From Planctomycetota bacterium (lineage in GTDB: Bacteria > Planctomycetota > UBA8108 > SXIK01), in the NCBI GenBank assembly GCA_965223265.1, contig OZ244999.1:8192001-8256000 (forward strand): a stretch of 64,000 nucleotides of DNA, written 5' to 3'. The stretch's first letter is position 1. Each line of letters begins with the position of its first letter. Positions 54,426 through 63,409 of the stretch are shown here, in pieces. The translations under genes were made by a program, and so were the position numbers. The notes under the pieces are model-generated. The model made no database searches and was not told the DNA's origin. It saw only the letters and a list, made by a program, of their open reading frames with translations.

Positions 54426-57248
54426 CTATGGTTCCTCGCGGCATAAGTCGGGGCAGCTCGCCAGCGTGGTGCACCCAGTTCCGAGTCGCGATGCGGCACC
54501 GGAGCCAAAGAGATAGTTGAGGGTGTCCACGGCGTCAGCGAGATCGACGCGCGTGTCGTCGTTGACGTCGAGGAGCGCCGTGTTTCCGGCATCACTCAGG
54601 CACGGAGGCGCTGGTGCGCCGATGACGAAGAGGTGGCGCAGGAGTCCGATCGCGTCGGAGACGTTGAGGCGCCCGTCCTGGTTGAAGTCTGCGACGACCT
54701 GCAAACCACCGTTGAGTTCAGCTTCGAGGCTGCCGTCAGCCCACTCGAGTCGCGGGTTGAGCCAATCGCGGATGTGCTGCACCTCGTCGTCCCACGAGAT
54801 GAAGGTTTCCGGAGGCGTCCAGCGCTCGAAATTGCGCCTCGCTGCTTCCGCGCCGATTTCTTCGACGACTTCATCGAGCAGGGCGTTGACGTTTTCGGTA
54901 CTCAGCGGGCCGCGGCGCAGTTCGTGCCAGCGCTCAACGTAGCGCTCGAGGAAGGCACGATCTTCGAGCAGGTACTGCCACCAACCGAAAAAGCGGACTT
55001 CCGACCAGGAATCCGGCGTACCACGCACGCCGAGCGAAATGTTGAAGTCCCAGATCGGCCCGTACTCGAGCTTCTGCCCGCGCCGTTTGAAGAAGTAGCT
55101 GCTCTTTTTGAAACCGTCGGCGTTGCGAGAGAGCTCGTTGAGGATATGGTGATCGATCCACGAGTCAACGTCGATGAACGCGGGGTAGCCAAGCTGCAGA
55201 TCACCGACGTTCTCACTCACGAGCGCGTCGGAAAAATCGCGCAAATGTCCGACAAACCACGCAGCTTGTTCCGGCGTCACCTCCGCTTCCTTCGGATAGA
55301 CCCAGGCGAGATCGATGCCAGCGACGCCAAAGCCTGTGTCGCCGGCGTCAACCGGGTCGATCTTGACCATGTAACCGCCGGTGACTTCAGGCTCGGCGTT
55401 GTCGTCTGGCCCGAGAGCCTCCACGTCGACGCGCTCAGGGCCGCGCTTGATCTTTTCCATGAAGACGTAGAGGCCAACGTAGTCGTCCAGCGACACCTGA
55501 TCGTTCGACGTGCTCGTGAACACTTCGCAGAAACGGGTCCGCACGGCGTAGCGCCCAACTTGGCGGCTGAGACGGTACATGAAAGCGTTGCGGCTCAGCG
55601 ATCGATCTTGAAACGGCGCATAGAGCACCCAGTCTGACTCCTCCGGCATGTCGAAGAAGGCGACGTCGCGGTCCTCACCGCGATCGTTCTGGATTTCGAC
55701 GCCGAGCGACTTCTTCGGGTTATCGCGCGTGCTGGTGCCGCGCTGCTTGATGATGCCGCGCGCGGCGATGCTGCGTCCAGCGTCGAGCGTCGCACGACCG
55801 GTACCGTCCGGCTCGACGAGCTGCAGGTGCATCGGCGTCTGGCCGTTGAGAAAGATGCCGCCCCCGAACGTTGAAATCACGAAGATTGGCAGGTTGGAGG
55901 AGAAGTCGGCGGCGTCGGCTGCGATGGCGAGATAGGACTCTTCGTCGATCTCGCTCGGCACGAGGTCCGGGCCGTACGTGCGTGCACGGATGCGCGTCGT
56001 GGTCGTGCGCACAAGCGGCTGCGTATAGAGCGGAGAGTCCTGTGTCGGCACGCTGCCGTCGGTGGTGAAATGGATGCTGGTCTCTGGGGGCGCCGTCAGC
56101 TCGATCGTCATCTCGCCAACGAAGTGCGTGCTGCGTACCGAGAACATCGGCTCGGGGGCGATCCCGCTCTGACCACTTGGCGGATTCGGCAGCCCCGGCG
56201 TCGGTGCCGCGAAGTAGCGCGGCGTCTCACCAACGCTTGTCAGCGAGACACTTTCGAGGCGCGGCACGAAGAGGAAGTCCTCGCTGCGGAAACTGTCGTT
56301 CATGGCCTGAAACGCCAGGATGTTGACGCCCTCGACGAAAAGATCGCTCGCCCCAGCGAGGGAGATTTCTTCTACTTCGAGTGCTTCGTCAACGGGCCTT
56401 GGTGAGACCGCCTGCGAATTGACGCGGGTGGCGTCAGCGTTTCGGCGTGCCACTTCCACGCCGTTTAAGTAGGCGACGAAGCCGCTTTCATACTGCACGA
56501 GGAGGCGTACGAGCTTCGGCTGGTCGCCGGCCCCGACGACGATCGGATAACGAAGGAAGATCGACGCGTTCTTGCCCTGCATGAGCTCGCCGACGTCGGT
56601 AGCGATGAGATCGCCGAACGTTGGCATCGCTTTTTGATCGTATCCCAGCGTGCCGCTCACTTCCGCCCAGCCGGAGTCGTCGAGACCCGGCAAGTTCCAA
56701 CCTTCGGGAAGATCCGAGCGGCGCTCGGTCACTAAAGCACGCCCCATCGATGAGGATTCTACGAGCGCCGCGGTAGAGGTCTCCATCGTGAGGCCGAACG
56801 ATGCGTCCACCCGCTGCGCGGGGTACTCTGGAGCGAAACTTGAAACCAAGTCGCCGGCGGGAGAGAAAAGACCCAGGAAGTCGCCACCGCGCGCCAACCT
56901 AAAGCTCGTGTGCAGCTCCTGTGCGTTATCGCGTCGATCCTTGCCAGAGGCGAAGACGACGAGAAACTCTCCCGGCCCAAGCGTGATATCCGGGACGATC
57001 CACTGCGCGGGGTCGGCGGCATCGTCGCTGAGGCTCCAGCCACCGAGCTCAACTGCGACCTCGGTGTCGTTGACGAGTTCGATCCAATCCGACGCATCGC
57101 CGTCGACATCGACCAGTGTGTTCAGATTTGACGCCATGAACTCGCTGATGACGACAGCGTTCACCTTCGCTGTCGTGAACGCCAGGACGATCGACGCGCC
57201 CCAAGTTAAGCGCCTCAGTGTGCGACTGCGGATCTTCACGACGCGCAT
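54426..57248 (-). CDS. Secreted CotH-family kinase with lamin-tail domain, Fn3-like (chitobiase C-terminal) domain and dockerin-like tail
   Basis: VVISEFMASN...DWIEL (LTD); IHFTTDGSVP (Fn3-like); KQRGTS, DWVLYAP..DRSL.RN, YVGLYVFMEKIK, NADG, GPIWDFN (CotH). Start uncertain. Confidence 0.88.
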   Translation of the reverse strand: MRVVKIRSRTLRRLTWGASIVLAFTTAKVNAVVISEFMASNLNTLVDVDGDASDWIELVNDTEVAVELGGWSLSDDAADPAQWIVPDITLGPGEFLVVFASGKDRRDNAQELHTSFRLARGGDFLGLFSPAGDLVSSFAPEYPAQRVDASFGLTMETSTAALVESSSMGRALVTERRSDLPEGWNLPGLDDSGWAEVSGTLGYDQKAMPTFGDLIATDVGELMQGKNASIFLRYPIVVGAGDQPKLVRLLVQYESGFVAYLNGVEVARRNADATRVNSQAVSPRPVDEALEVEEISLAGASDLFVEGVNILAFQAMNDSFRSEDFLFVPRLESVSLTSVGETPRYFAAPTPGLPNPPSGQSGIAPEPMFSVRSTHFVGEMTIELTAPPETSIHFTTDGSVPTQDSPLYTQPLVRTTTTRIRARTYGPDLVPSEIDEESYLAIAADAADFSSNLPIFVISTFGGGIFLNGQTPMHLQLVEPDGTGRATLDAGRSIAARGIIKQRGTSTRDNPKKSLGVEIQNDRGEDRDVAFFDMPEESDWVLYAPFQDRSLSRNAFMYRLSRQVGRYAVRTRFCEVFTSTSNDQVSLDDYVGLYVFMEKIKRGPERVDVEALGPDDNAEPEVTGGYMVKIDPVDAGDTGFGVAGIDLAWVYPKEAEVTPEQAAWFVGHLRDFSDALVSENVGDLQLGYPAFIDVDSWIDHHILNELSRNADGFKKSSYFFKRRGQKLEYGPIWDFNISLGVRGTPDSWSEVRFFGWWQYLLEDRAFLERYVERWHELRRGPLSTENVNALLDEVVEEIGAEAARRNFERWTPPETFISWDDEVQHIRDWLNPRLEWADGSLEAELNGGLQVVADFNQDGRLNVSDAIGLLRHLFVIGAPAPPCLSDAGNTALLDVNDDTRVDLADAVDTLNYLFGSGAASRLGTGCTTLASCPDLCREEP

Positions 57249-57400
57249 CCCCCAAACTGTGGTTCGACGGAGAGGCCTATCCGTCAGACTCCGTCCAACA
57301 ACGAACAAGGTGCGACCTGCGGCAGTTCCGTTCAATCTTACGGACGGGGCCCGTAGAGCGAAGCGGCTTCTTGCCGCCAGTGACGGTTCAACGGGCTGCT

Positions 57401-57453
57401 AACAAAACGGCCAGCGCTCCATCGGCTCGAGAGCCTGGGAACGCTGGCCGTTT
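57401..57453 (-). terminator. Probable intrinsic terminator
   Basis: Stem aaacggccagcg / cgctggccgttt followed on the minus strand by ttttgtt, 60 bp downstream of the 57513 stop. Confidence 0.55.
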
Positions 57454-57512
57454 CCAAACGGTTCGCTACGATCGTGCGGAGTTCCGCCGAACGCAGCTAA
57501 CCCATCGCTACG

Positions 57513-59822
57513 TTACGGTGTGCACGACTCTGGGCAGACTTCGACGGCAGTGAGCAGTCGACAATTCTGGCCGAGCACGTGCGGTGGGTTGCCAGCACCG
57601 GCGAACTGCCAGTTGAGCGACGCCACCGGATCGGAGATGTCGTGACCTCCATCACCGTTGAAGTCGGCGAGCTGGACACCTGTCGCATTCAATCCGACTC
57701 CAGCAACCAGGCAATCCTCAGCCGGAATGCCCGCGAACTGGAAGTTGAGGTCTGCGACCGGGTCGGAGATGTCGACGCCACCGTCGAGGTTGAAGTCACC
57801 AGGGACGAACGGCTGCTTGACCGTCGAACCCTGGTAGTCCGAATCCTCGGGCACGAAGAGCGGGTCGTCCGTCAGCATCAGGACGTCGTACTTCGTGGTA
57901 TTGCCACCTTGGCGACGCGCGAAGACGAGCTCGTTCCCGCCGTCCTGCAGGTTGAGTTCGTGACCCTCCCAGCGATCACGCCCCGGGCCCTGAAGCCTCT
58001 GCCAGCACCAGAACGGACTACTGTCTTCCTCGAAGATGCGGTCGTCGTTACCGCGGCCACCACCGGTGAAGAGTCCGGTGTCCGGATCGAACGAGTCGAT
58101 GTCGGCATCGAGGTCGTTCGGGTCGTCACGGGCGACACAGTGGTCCGAGGTATTGAACGGGTTGATCGTGCGTCCCCAGAGATACCAGACACCCGCGCCA
58201 CCGCCGGCGAGGCTGATGTCGGGGAAGTAGCGGAGCAGCTGTCCTTGCTGCGAGCCCGCGTTCGGGGGATCGTTCGCTGGATTCGGCGCCGGGCTCATGT
58301 AGCCACCGAAGGCACCGCCGTACTCGCCGCCCTGGAACGAGCTGTTGCCAGGCGTGTACGTCTCCCGGCGCCAACCGAGGTCGCCGGCCGCTTCAGGCTC
58401 TCTCGAGCCCCAGTCCTCGCCTTCCCACCAGATCTGCACGCCGCCGTCGAGCTCGGAGACTCTGCAGCCGCCCGCCGGTGTCGCCACCAGCGGCTCAATC
58501 GTGAACTGGTCGGAGCTGACGGTGCGGGCGCCACCAGCATCCGGGCAGAGAAGGTTGTCGGTGACCTGCACGGTGACGATCCAGTCGCCTTCCCACAGGT
58601 CAAGATTGTGCTCGGCGCCCGTGCGGGTGTCGGTGCGCTCGACGAGAACCGGAGGATCTTCCGGCGTTGCGCCGGGCACTTCGACTTCGAAGGTCTTGGT
58701 GTCATCCTTCTTGGGGCCGCGTACGACGCGGGCGCCGGTGTTCTGCTCTTCAGCAGTGTACATGTACCAGAGGGTGTCGCCGTCCGGGTCATCACCGCCC
58801 GTTGCCGTCGCTAGGTAGGTGGTGGCGGAGACGACGACGTCCGGACTCTCGGCGGCTTTGGCAACGGTGATGCCGGTGACGGTCGCGTTGCTGTCGGCAG
58901 GGCACGCGATCGGCGCGGCCATGTCGGACTCGAACACGGCGGTGATCTCGTCGTCGCTCAACGGACCGTCGTAGAAGCGAACGTCATCGATGACGCCGTT
59001 GAAGTAGTTGTGATTCTCCGGTGGATCCGGGTTCTCCGGCGTTGGCGCCGGGAAGTTATCCGGCGTCGGTGCTCCGGACGGACCGCCAATACTGACGTCG
59101 CCAGGGGCTGGGCGCAGGCGGAAGTAGTTCGTGCCGCCGCCTTCGCTGCAAGTCGGGTCGCCGGGGTTATCGATCACACCGTCGATGTAGATCGAATAGT
59201 TGCCGGTCTCGATGCGGTTTTTCTCGAGGAAGACGACGCCGGTACCACCTTGGTGCGGCTGCGGGAACGGTAGCTTCTCGCAAATGAACTGCATGTCCAT
59301 GACCAGCGCGACGTGGTGCGGATCACCGTCGTTCACCTCGAGGACTGAGTTCAAGCCGCCGAGGTCGCCGATGATGGCGCGGACAAACCCGTTGTTGGGA
59401 CGCGGCGGATCAGCCGTCGGATCCGGGTTGCGCTCCGTGCCGAGATGCATGTACTTACGGCCCGGGTAAAAGTCCTCCCGGTTCTCCGCGATGATGATGC
59501 CATTCGGGGTGTCGGCATCGGCATCGGAGCGAATCCATGCGCTCCACGTGAAGCTATTCTGGAACTCGAAGCTCGCCGAGTCATCGACGACGGCGACGCC
59601 ATCGACACCGTCGAGCACCAGGCCGTTCGTGTCGACCAGACCGGCGCCGAAGCCGGCACCGCCTGAGAGCGTAGCATTACGACCTTGAGCACTCGAATCG
59701 GCCGCGGTCGTACCCGATGTCTCCTCGAATTTCCAATGACCGTGGTTGCTGGCTTGCGCGAACAACGCACCCGGCAAGCTCACAAAGAACATTGCGCATA
59801 ACAAGAACGCGAAAGAACGCAT
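57513..59822 (-). CDS. Secreted LamG/concanavalin-A-like domain protein with dockerin-like tail
   Basis: Signal peptide, HWKFEETSGTTAADSS, FTWSAWI, YFNGVIDDVRFY, C-terminal GDFNLDGGVDISD duplicated; GGAGGG RBS. Confidence 0.85.
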   Translation of the reverse strand: MRSFAFLLCAMFFVSLPGALFAQASNHGHWKFEETSGTTAADSSAQGRNATLSGGAGFGAGLVDTNGLVLDGVDGVAVVDDSASFEFQNSFTWSAWIRSDADADTPNGIIIAENREDFYPGRKYMHLGTERNPDPTADPPRPNNGFVRAIIGDLGGLNSVLEVNDGDPHHVALVMDMQFICEKLPFPQPHQGGTGVVFLEKNRIETGNYSIYIDGVIDNPGDPTCSEGGGTNYFRLRPAPGDVSIGGPSGAPTPDNFPAPTPENPDPPENHNYFNGVIDDVRFYDGPLSDDEITAVFESDMAAPIACPADSNATVTGITVAKAAESPDVVVSATTYLATATGGDDPDGDTLWYMYTAEEQNTGARVVRGPKKDDTKTFEVEVPGATPEDPPVLVERTDTRTGAEHNLDLWEGDWIVTVQVTDNLLCPDAGGARTVSSDQFTIEPLVATPAGGCRVSELDGGVQIWWEGEDWGSREPEAAGDLGWRRETYTPGNSSFQGGEYGGAFGGYMSPAPNPANDPPNAGSQQGQLLRYFPDISLAGGGAGVWYLWGRTINPFNTSDHCVARDDPNDLDADIDSFDPDTGLFTGGGRGNDDRIFEEDSSPFWCWQRLQGPGRDRWEGHELNLQDGGNELVFARRQGGNTTKYDVLMLTDDPLFVPEDSDYQGSTVKQPFVPGDFNLDGGVDISDPVADLNFQFAGIPAEDCLVAGVGLNATGVQLADFNGDGGHDISDPVASLNWQFAGAGNPPHVLGQNCRLLTAVEVCPESCTP

Positions 59823-60023
59823 AGGACCCTCCCTAAAAACCTACGGCGAACAACAACCTTTCCACGGTTGTTGACAATCGTTCCCTGTGTCGTGCTTAGT
59901 GCCCGTTTTCCCGCGCGCAAGACGGATTGGAGAGTTCGTTTGCGATCGGAAAAAGGACCCAAACCCTTCGCACTCCGTTCGCGAATATGAGAAACCAACC
60001 AGGGACCCGTGTCAACCGTCAAC

Positions 60024-60154
60024 TGTATACAAACCCTTCGAACGCCCTTCCCGCGTCGTGCGGAGTGGGTCGGGGTTTGTGAACTCTTTGCGTCTGCGCG
60101 CGCGGAAAAGGGAATCTGCTCGCGACAAATTGCGTCTTCTGTATACTAAGTACA
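60024..60154. promoter_or_regulatory. Candidate GntR/FadR-type operator sites
   Basis: tgtataca at 60024-60031 and tgta-tactaag-taca at 60140-60154, upstream of a GntR gene in a divergent intergenic region. Confidence 0.4.
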
Positions 60155-60210
60155 ATTCCCGCGAATCGATGAAAGCGCGGGTTTTTTCAATCGACCTTAG
60201 GCTGCGTATC

Positions 60211-60939
60211 ATGAAACGCCCAGCGGATCTTAGAGTCCAGCCGGTTCAGCGCGTGACGCTCACCGATTCGGTGTACAAGAATCTCTTCGAAGCGATCGTC
60301 ACCGGTGCCTTTGCTGGCGGCGATGAACTCAACGAAGTCAGTCTGTCACGTCAGTTTAGCGTCAGTCGGACGCCTGTTCGGGAGGCTCTGCGGCTGCTCG
60401 CTGCGGAGGGGCTGGTGGACATTTCCAGTAATCGCAGCGCCACGGTTCGCCGGATATCCGAGCGTGACATGAGCGAGATCTACCAGATTCGCGGCGTTCT
60501 CGAGCCACTCGCCGCCTCGCTCGCCGCCGAGCGTATGCCGCGGGGAGAGGCGAGGCGGCTGCGGGAACGATTGGAGCGTATCGCGGGCGAGTTGTCTGGC
60601 CCGGACGAGGGTGAACCTGGGTTTGCGTTGCGTGACGTCGACTTCGACTGCTCGTTTCACGCGGCGATCGCTGGTGCCAGCGGGAATCGGCGTCTGCGCG
60701 ACGATATCTTGCGTCACACGAACGTCATCCGCTTGGTGCCGCGTCTCTTGGCGCAAACCGCGGAGCGTACGCGCCAAGTGTACGAGGAGCATGACCGCGT
60801 CTTGTCGGCGCTCGAAGCGAAGGACGCGGAGGCCGCACGGCGTGCCATGGAGGCACACGTTGCGTCGGCGACCCAGTGGCTCGAGACGGAAGGTCAGCGG
60901 CTTTTCCGTGTGCGCGACGAAGCCGCAGCGGCAACTTGA
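60211..60939 (+). CDS. GntR family (FadR/FCD) transcriptional regulator
   Basis: LNEVSLSRQFSVSRTPVREAL, FHAAIAGASGN, EEHDRVL, AMEAHV. Confidence 0.92.
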   Translation: MKRPADLRVQPVQRVTLTDSVYKNLFEAIVTGAFAGGDELNEVSLSRQFSVSRTPVREALRLLAAEGLVDISSNRSATVRRISERDMSEIYQIRGVLEPLAASLAAERMPRGEARRLRERLERIAGELSGPDEGEPGFALRDVDFDCSFHAAIAGASGNRRLRDDILRHTNVIRLVPRLLAQTAERTRQVYEEHDRVLSALEAKDAEAARRAMEAHVASATQWLETEGQRLFRVRDEAAAAT

Positions 60940-60979
60940 TCAAATCTGCCCGGCCAGATTTCGCATTGGGTGGAAGTCG

Positions 60980-63346
60980 GTGACGATCAGACGACCGGCG
61001 CTCTGGTTTCTCTTCTGCACTGCGATTGGCTGTGGTCGCTGCGTGCTTGCCGAGGAACACCCACATGTCCGCGCGCGGGCAGCAGGGCTGGTCGTAGCGT
61101 TCGAGTCGTTGGCGCCGGGCGCCAAGAAGTTCTCTCGCGCTGCAGGCTCGTTCCTGACGCGTGATGCGCGCGTCGCGCGTCTCGTCGCGTTGTCACTTCC
61201 GCGTGGGTTTGCGCCGACGCCATTTCTTGCGTCGGGTCCGTTTCGGGCAACGTGGGAAGGAGCCCTCGACGTCGAGTTCTTCGACGACTTCACGTTTTCG
61301 GTGCAGGGTCAAGGTCGAGTCTCGCTTGAGATCGATGGCAACACGGTGCTCGCCGGTGAGGGTGATGACCTCAGCCGCCTCGAGCCGGCCACAGTGGAGC
61401 TCGAGGGTGGGCTGCGTCATCTCGTCGTGCGCTATGAGACGCCGCCCGACGGCACGGCGGATTTCCGGCTCGAATGGGCGTCGATCGATTTCCTCCCCGA
61501 ACCGATTCCGCCAACTGCCTTACGTCATGACGCGGATCATCCCCTCCTCACCGCGAGTCGCGCGCTGCGGCACGGCCGCGAGCTGTTCGCGCTGCGGCGC
61601 TGCGTCCGATGTCATCGTCCAGCGAATGAGATGACCACAGCGCGCATGCCTGAACTCGACGCCGACGCGCCAGCGCTCAGCGGTGTTGGCAGTCGATTGA
61701 AACAGCGCTGGATGGAGGAGTGGATCCGTGATCCGCACGCGAACCGCTCAAACGCCACCATGCCGCGCTTGGTCTCGGAGCGCGAGGCGACCGATCTTGC
61801 GGCGTTTCTCGCCGCGTCTGGCGGTGACGAGAGCCAGCGCGAAGAAAAGGCAAAAGATGGCGGTGCAGAGGCTGTGACCGCGACGGAAGAGCGCGCCACG
61901 GTCGGCAAAACGCTCTTTGATCGTCTCGGCTGCGTCGCCTGTCACGTGCGTCAGGCGCTGGCGGGCGGCGTCGATGGGCGCGGGCGCATTTCGTTGGCGC
62001 ACGTACCGGCAAAGTGGCACGCAGCGGCGCTGCAGCGATTCCTTCTTCGGCCGGAAGAACATTATGAATGGATTCGGATGCCGAACTTTTTGCTCTCGGA
62101 GAGCGAAGCCGAGGCGCTGGGTGCTCTTTTGATGGCGGAGACGGAGACGGAGTCAGAATCAGAGACGGAGTCAGAGTCAGAGACGGAGACAGAGTCAGAG
62201 ACGGAGACAGACACGGAGTCAGAGTCAGAGTCAGAGACAGAGACAGCGTCAGAGACAGCGTCGGACTCAGAATTGGATACAGACTTGCCGACGCTCACTG
62301 TATCTGAATCCGGTTCTGTCTCTGACTTTGATTCTGTCTCGGCTCCCGACTCCGACGCCGACTCGGCCCCGCAAACGCCCTCGCCGACTCCCACCGACAC
62401 CCCCGTCGCCCGCGGCCGCCTCCTCATCTCCACCCGCGGCTGCCTGCAGTGCCACGCGTTCGATGGTTTGGAATCGCGCTACGACCCCGCGCCAAATCTC
62501 GCGCAGCTGTTCGCTGGGGATTGGCGCCGCGGTTGTCTGAGTAGCGGTGAATCCGCCGTCGGTCGAGCGCCGCGTTTTGACTTTGCGCCGGCGGAGCTGG
62601 CGGCGCTGCGAGCGTTTGGGCGTGTGGGCGACGCATCACTTGCGCGCCTCAGTGAGGTCGAGTTCGCGGAGCGTCAGATCGCCGCGCTGCGCTGTCAGAG
62701 CTGCCACCCGCGCGACGGACGCGTCGACGATTGGACGCAGCTCACCGTTGGCGACGACGAAGCCGCCGCGGTTGCCATCGCGCTTGGGGAGACCGAAGGC
62801 AAGATCTTGCAGATCCGTCCGCACCTGACCTGGGTGGGCGAGAAACTCCGCAGCGACTGGCTGGCGGCGTTTCTTGGCGGCGAGGTGAAGTATCAACTGC
62901 GTTCATGGTTTGACGCTCGCATGCCGAAGTTCTCGTCGCGCGCCGAGCTCATCGCGCGCGGCCTGGCGATGTCGCACGGGATCGCGCCGGTGCCTCAACC
63001 GCTGCCGTCGAGCGATCCGGAGATGGCGAAGATCGGCCGGCGTCTTATGCTGCAGGACGGTGGCTTCGCCTGCGCCGCGTGCCATGACATCGGTGCGCAC
63101 AAAGCGGTTGGCGTTTTCGATGCCAAGGGGACTAATTTCATGTACGTGGCGGAACGGCTGCGCAAAGAGTTTTTTCATCGCTGGATGCTCAATCCGACGC
63201 GACTGGCACCGGAGACGAAGATGCCGCAGTTCGCTGGCGTCGACGGGCGTTCACCGCTGAGTGGTTACTACGACGGCGACGCTCGGAAGCAGTTCGAAGC
63301 GATCTGGCAGTACTTTCTCGACGGGCGTAAGATGGCGCCGCCGTAG
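60980..63346 (+). CDS. PA14-domain multi-cytochrome c protein (five hemes)
   Basis: FRATWEGAL...FLPEPIP (PA14-like); CVRCH, CVACH, CLQCH, CQSCH, CAACH, with MP-type distal Met motifs. GTG 60980 chosen as start. Confidence 0.8.
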   Translation: MTIRRPALWFLFCTAIGCGRCVLAEEHPHVRARAAGLVVAFESLAPGAKKFSRAAGSFLTRDARVARLVALSLPRGFAPTPFLASGPFRATWEGALDVEFFDDFTFSVQGQGRVSLEIDGNTVLAGEGDDLSRLEPATVELEGGLRHLVVRYETPPDGTADFRLEWASIDFLPEPIPPTALRHDADHPLLTASRALRHGRELFALRRCVRCHRPANEMTTARMPELDADAPALSGVGSRLKQRWMEEWIRDPHANRSNATMPRLVSEREATDLAAFLAASGGDESQREEKAKDGGAEAVTATEERATVGKTLFDRLGCVACHVRQALAGGVDGRGRISLAHVPAKWHAAALQRFLLRPEEHYEWIRMPNFLLSESEAEALGALLMAETETESESETESESETETESETETDTESESESETETASETASDSELDTDLPTLTVSESGSVSDFDSVSAPDSDADSAPQTPSPTPTDTPVARGRLLISTRGCLQCHAFDGLESRYDPAPNLAQLFAGDWRRGCLSSGESAVGRAPRFDFAPAELAALRAFGRVGDASLARLSEVEFAERQIAALRCQSCHPRDGRVDDWTQLTVGDDEAAAVAIALGETEGKILQIRPHLTWVGEKLRSDWLAAFLGGEVKYQLRSWFDARMPKFSSRAELIARGLAMSHGIAPVPQPLPSSDPEMAKIGRRLMLQDGGFACAACHDIGAHKAVGVFDAKGTNFMYVAERLRKEFFHRWMLNPTRLAPETKMPQFAGVDGRSPLSGYYDGDARKQFEAIWQYFLDGRKMAPP
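62138..62364. repeat. Hexamer-period low-complexity repeat, in frame, with inverted second arm
   Basis: (gagtca/gagacg/gagaca)n encoding ETESESETE..., followed by a complementary (tctgtc/tctgac/tccgac)-type arm. Confidence 0.75.
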
Positions 63347-63409
63347 AGACCGCTTTCCGAATCTCGCCTCCATCTTCCCATTCGAAAATCCCGTGTTGTT
63401 GAGTCCCCC

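Noticed and set aside
57387-57402. ttcaacgggctg-ctaa matching the right end of MITE A
   Set aside because: Only 12 bp and no partner end found; could be a remnant or chance.
60611-60979. N-terminal extension of the 911-aa cytochrome ORF
   Set aside because: Overlaps GntR out of frame; a signal-like sequence begins at GTG 60980.
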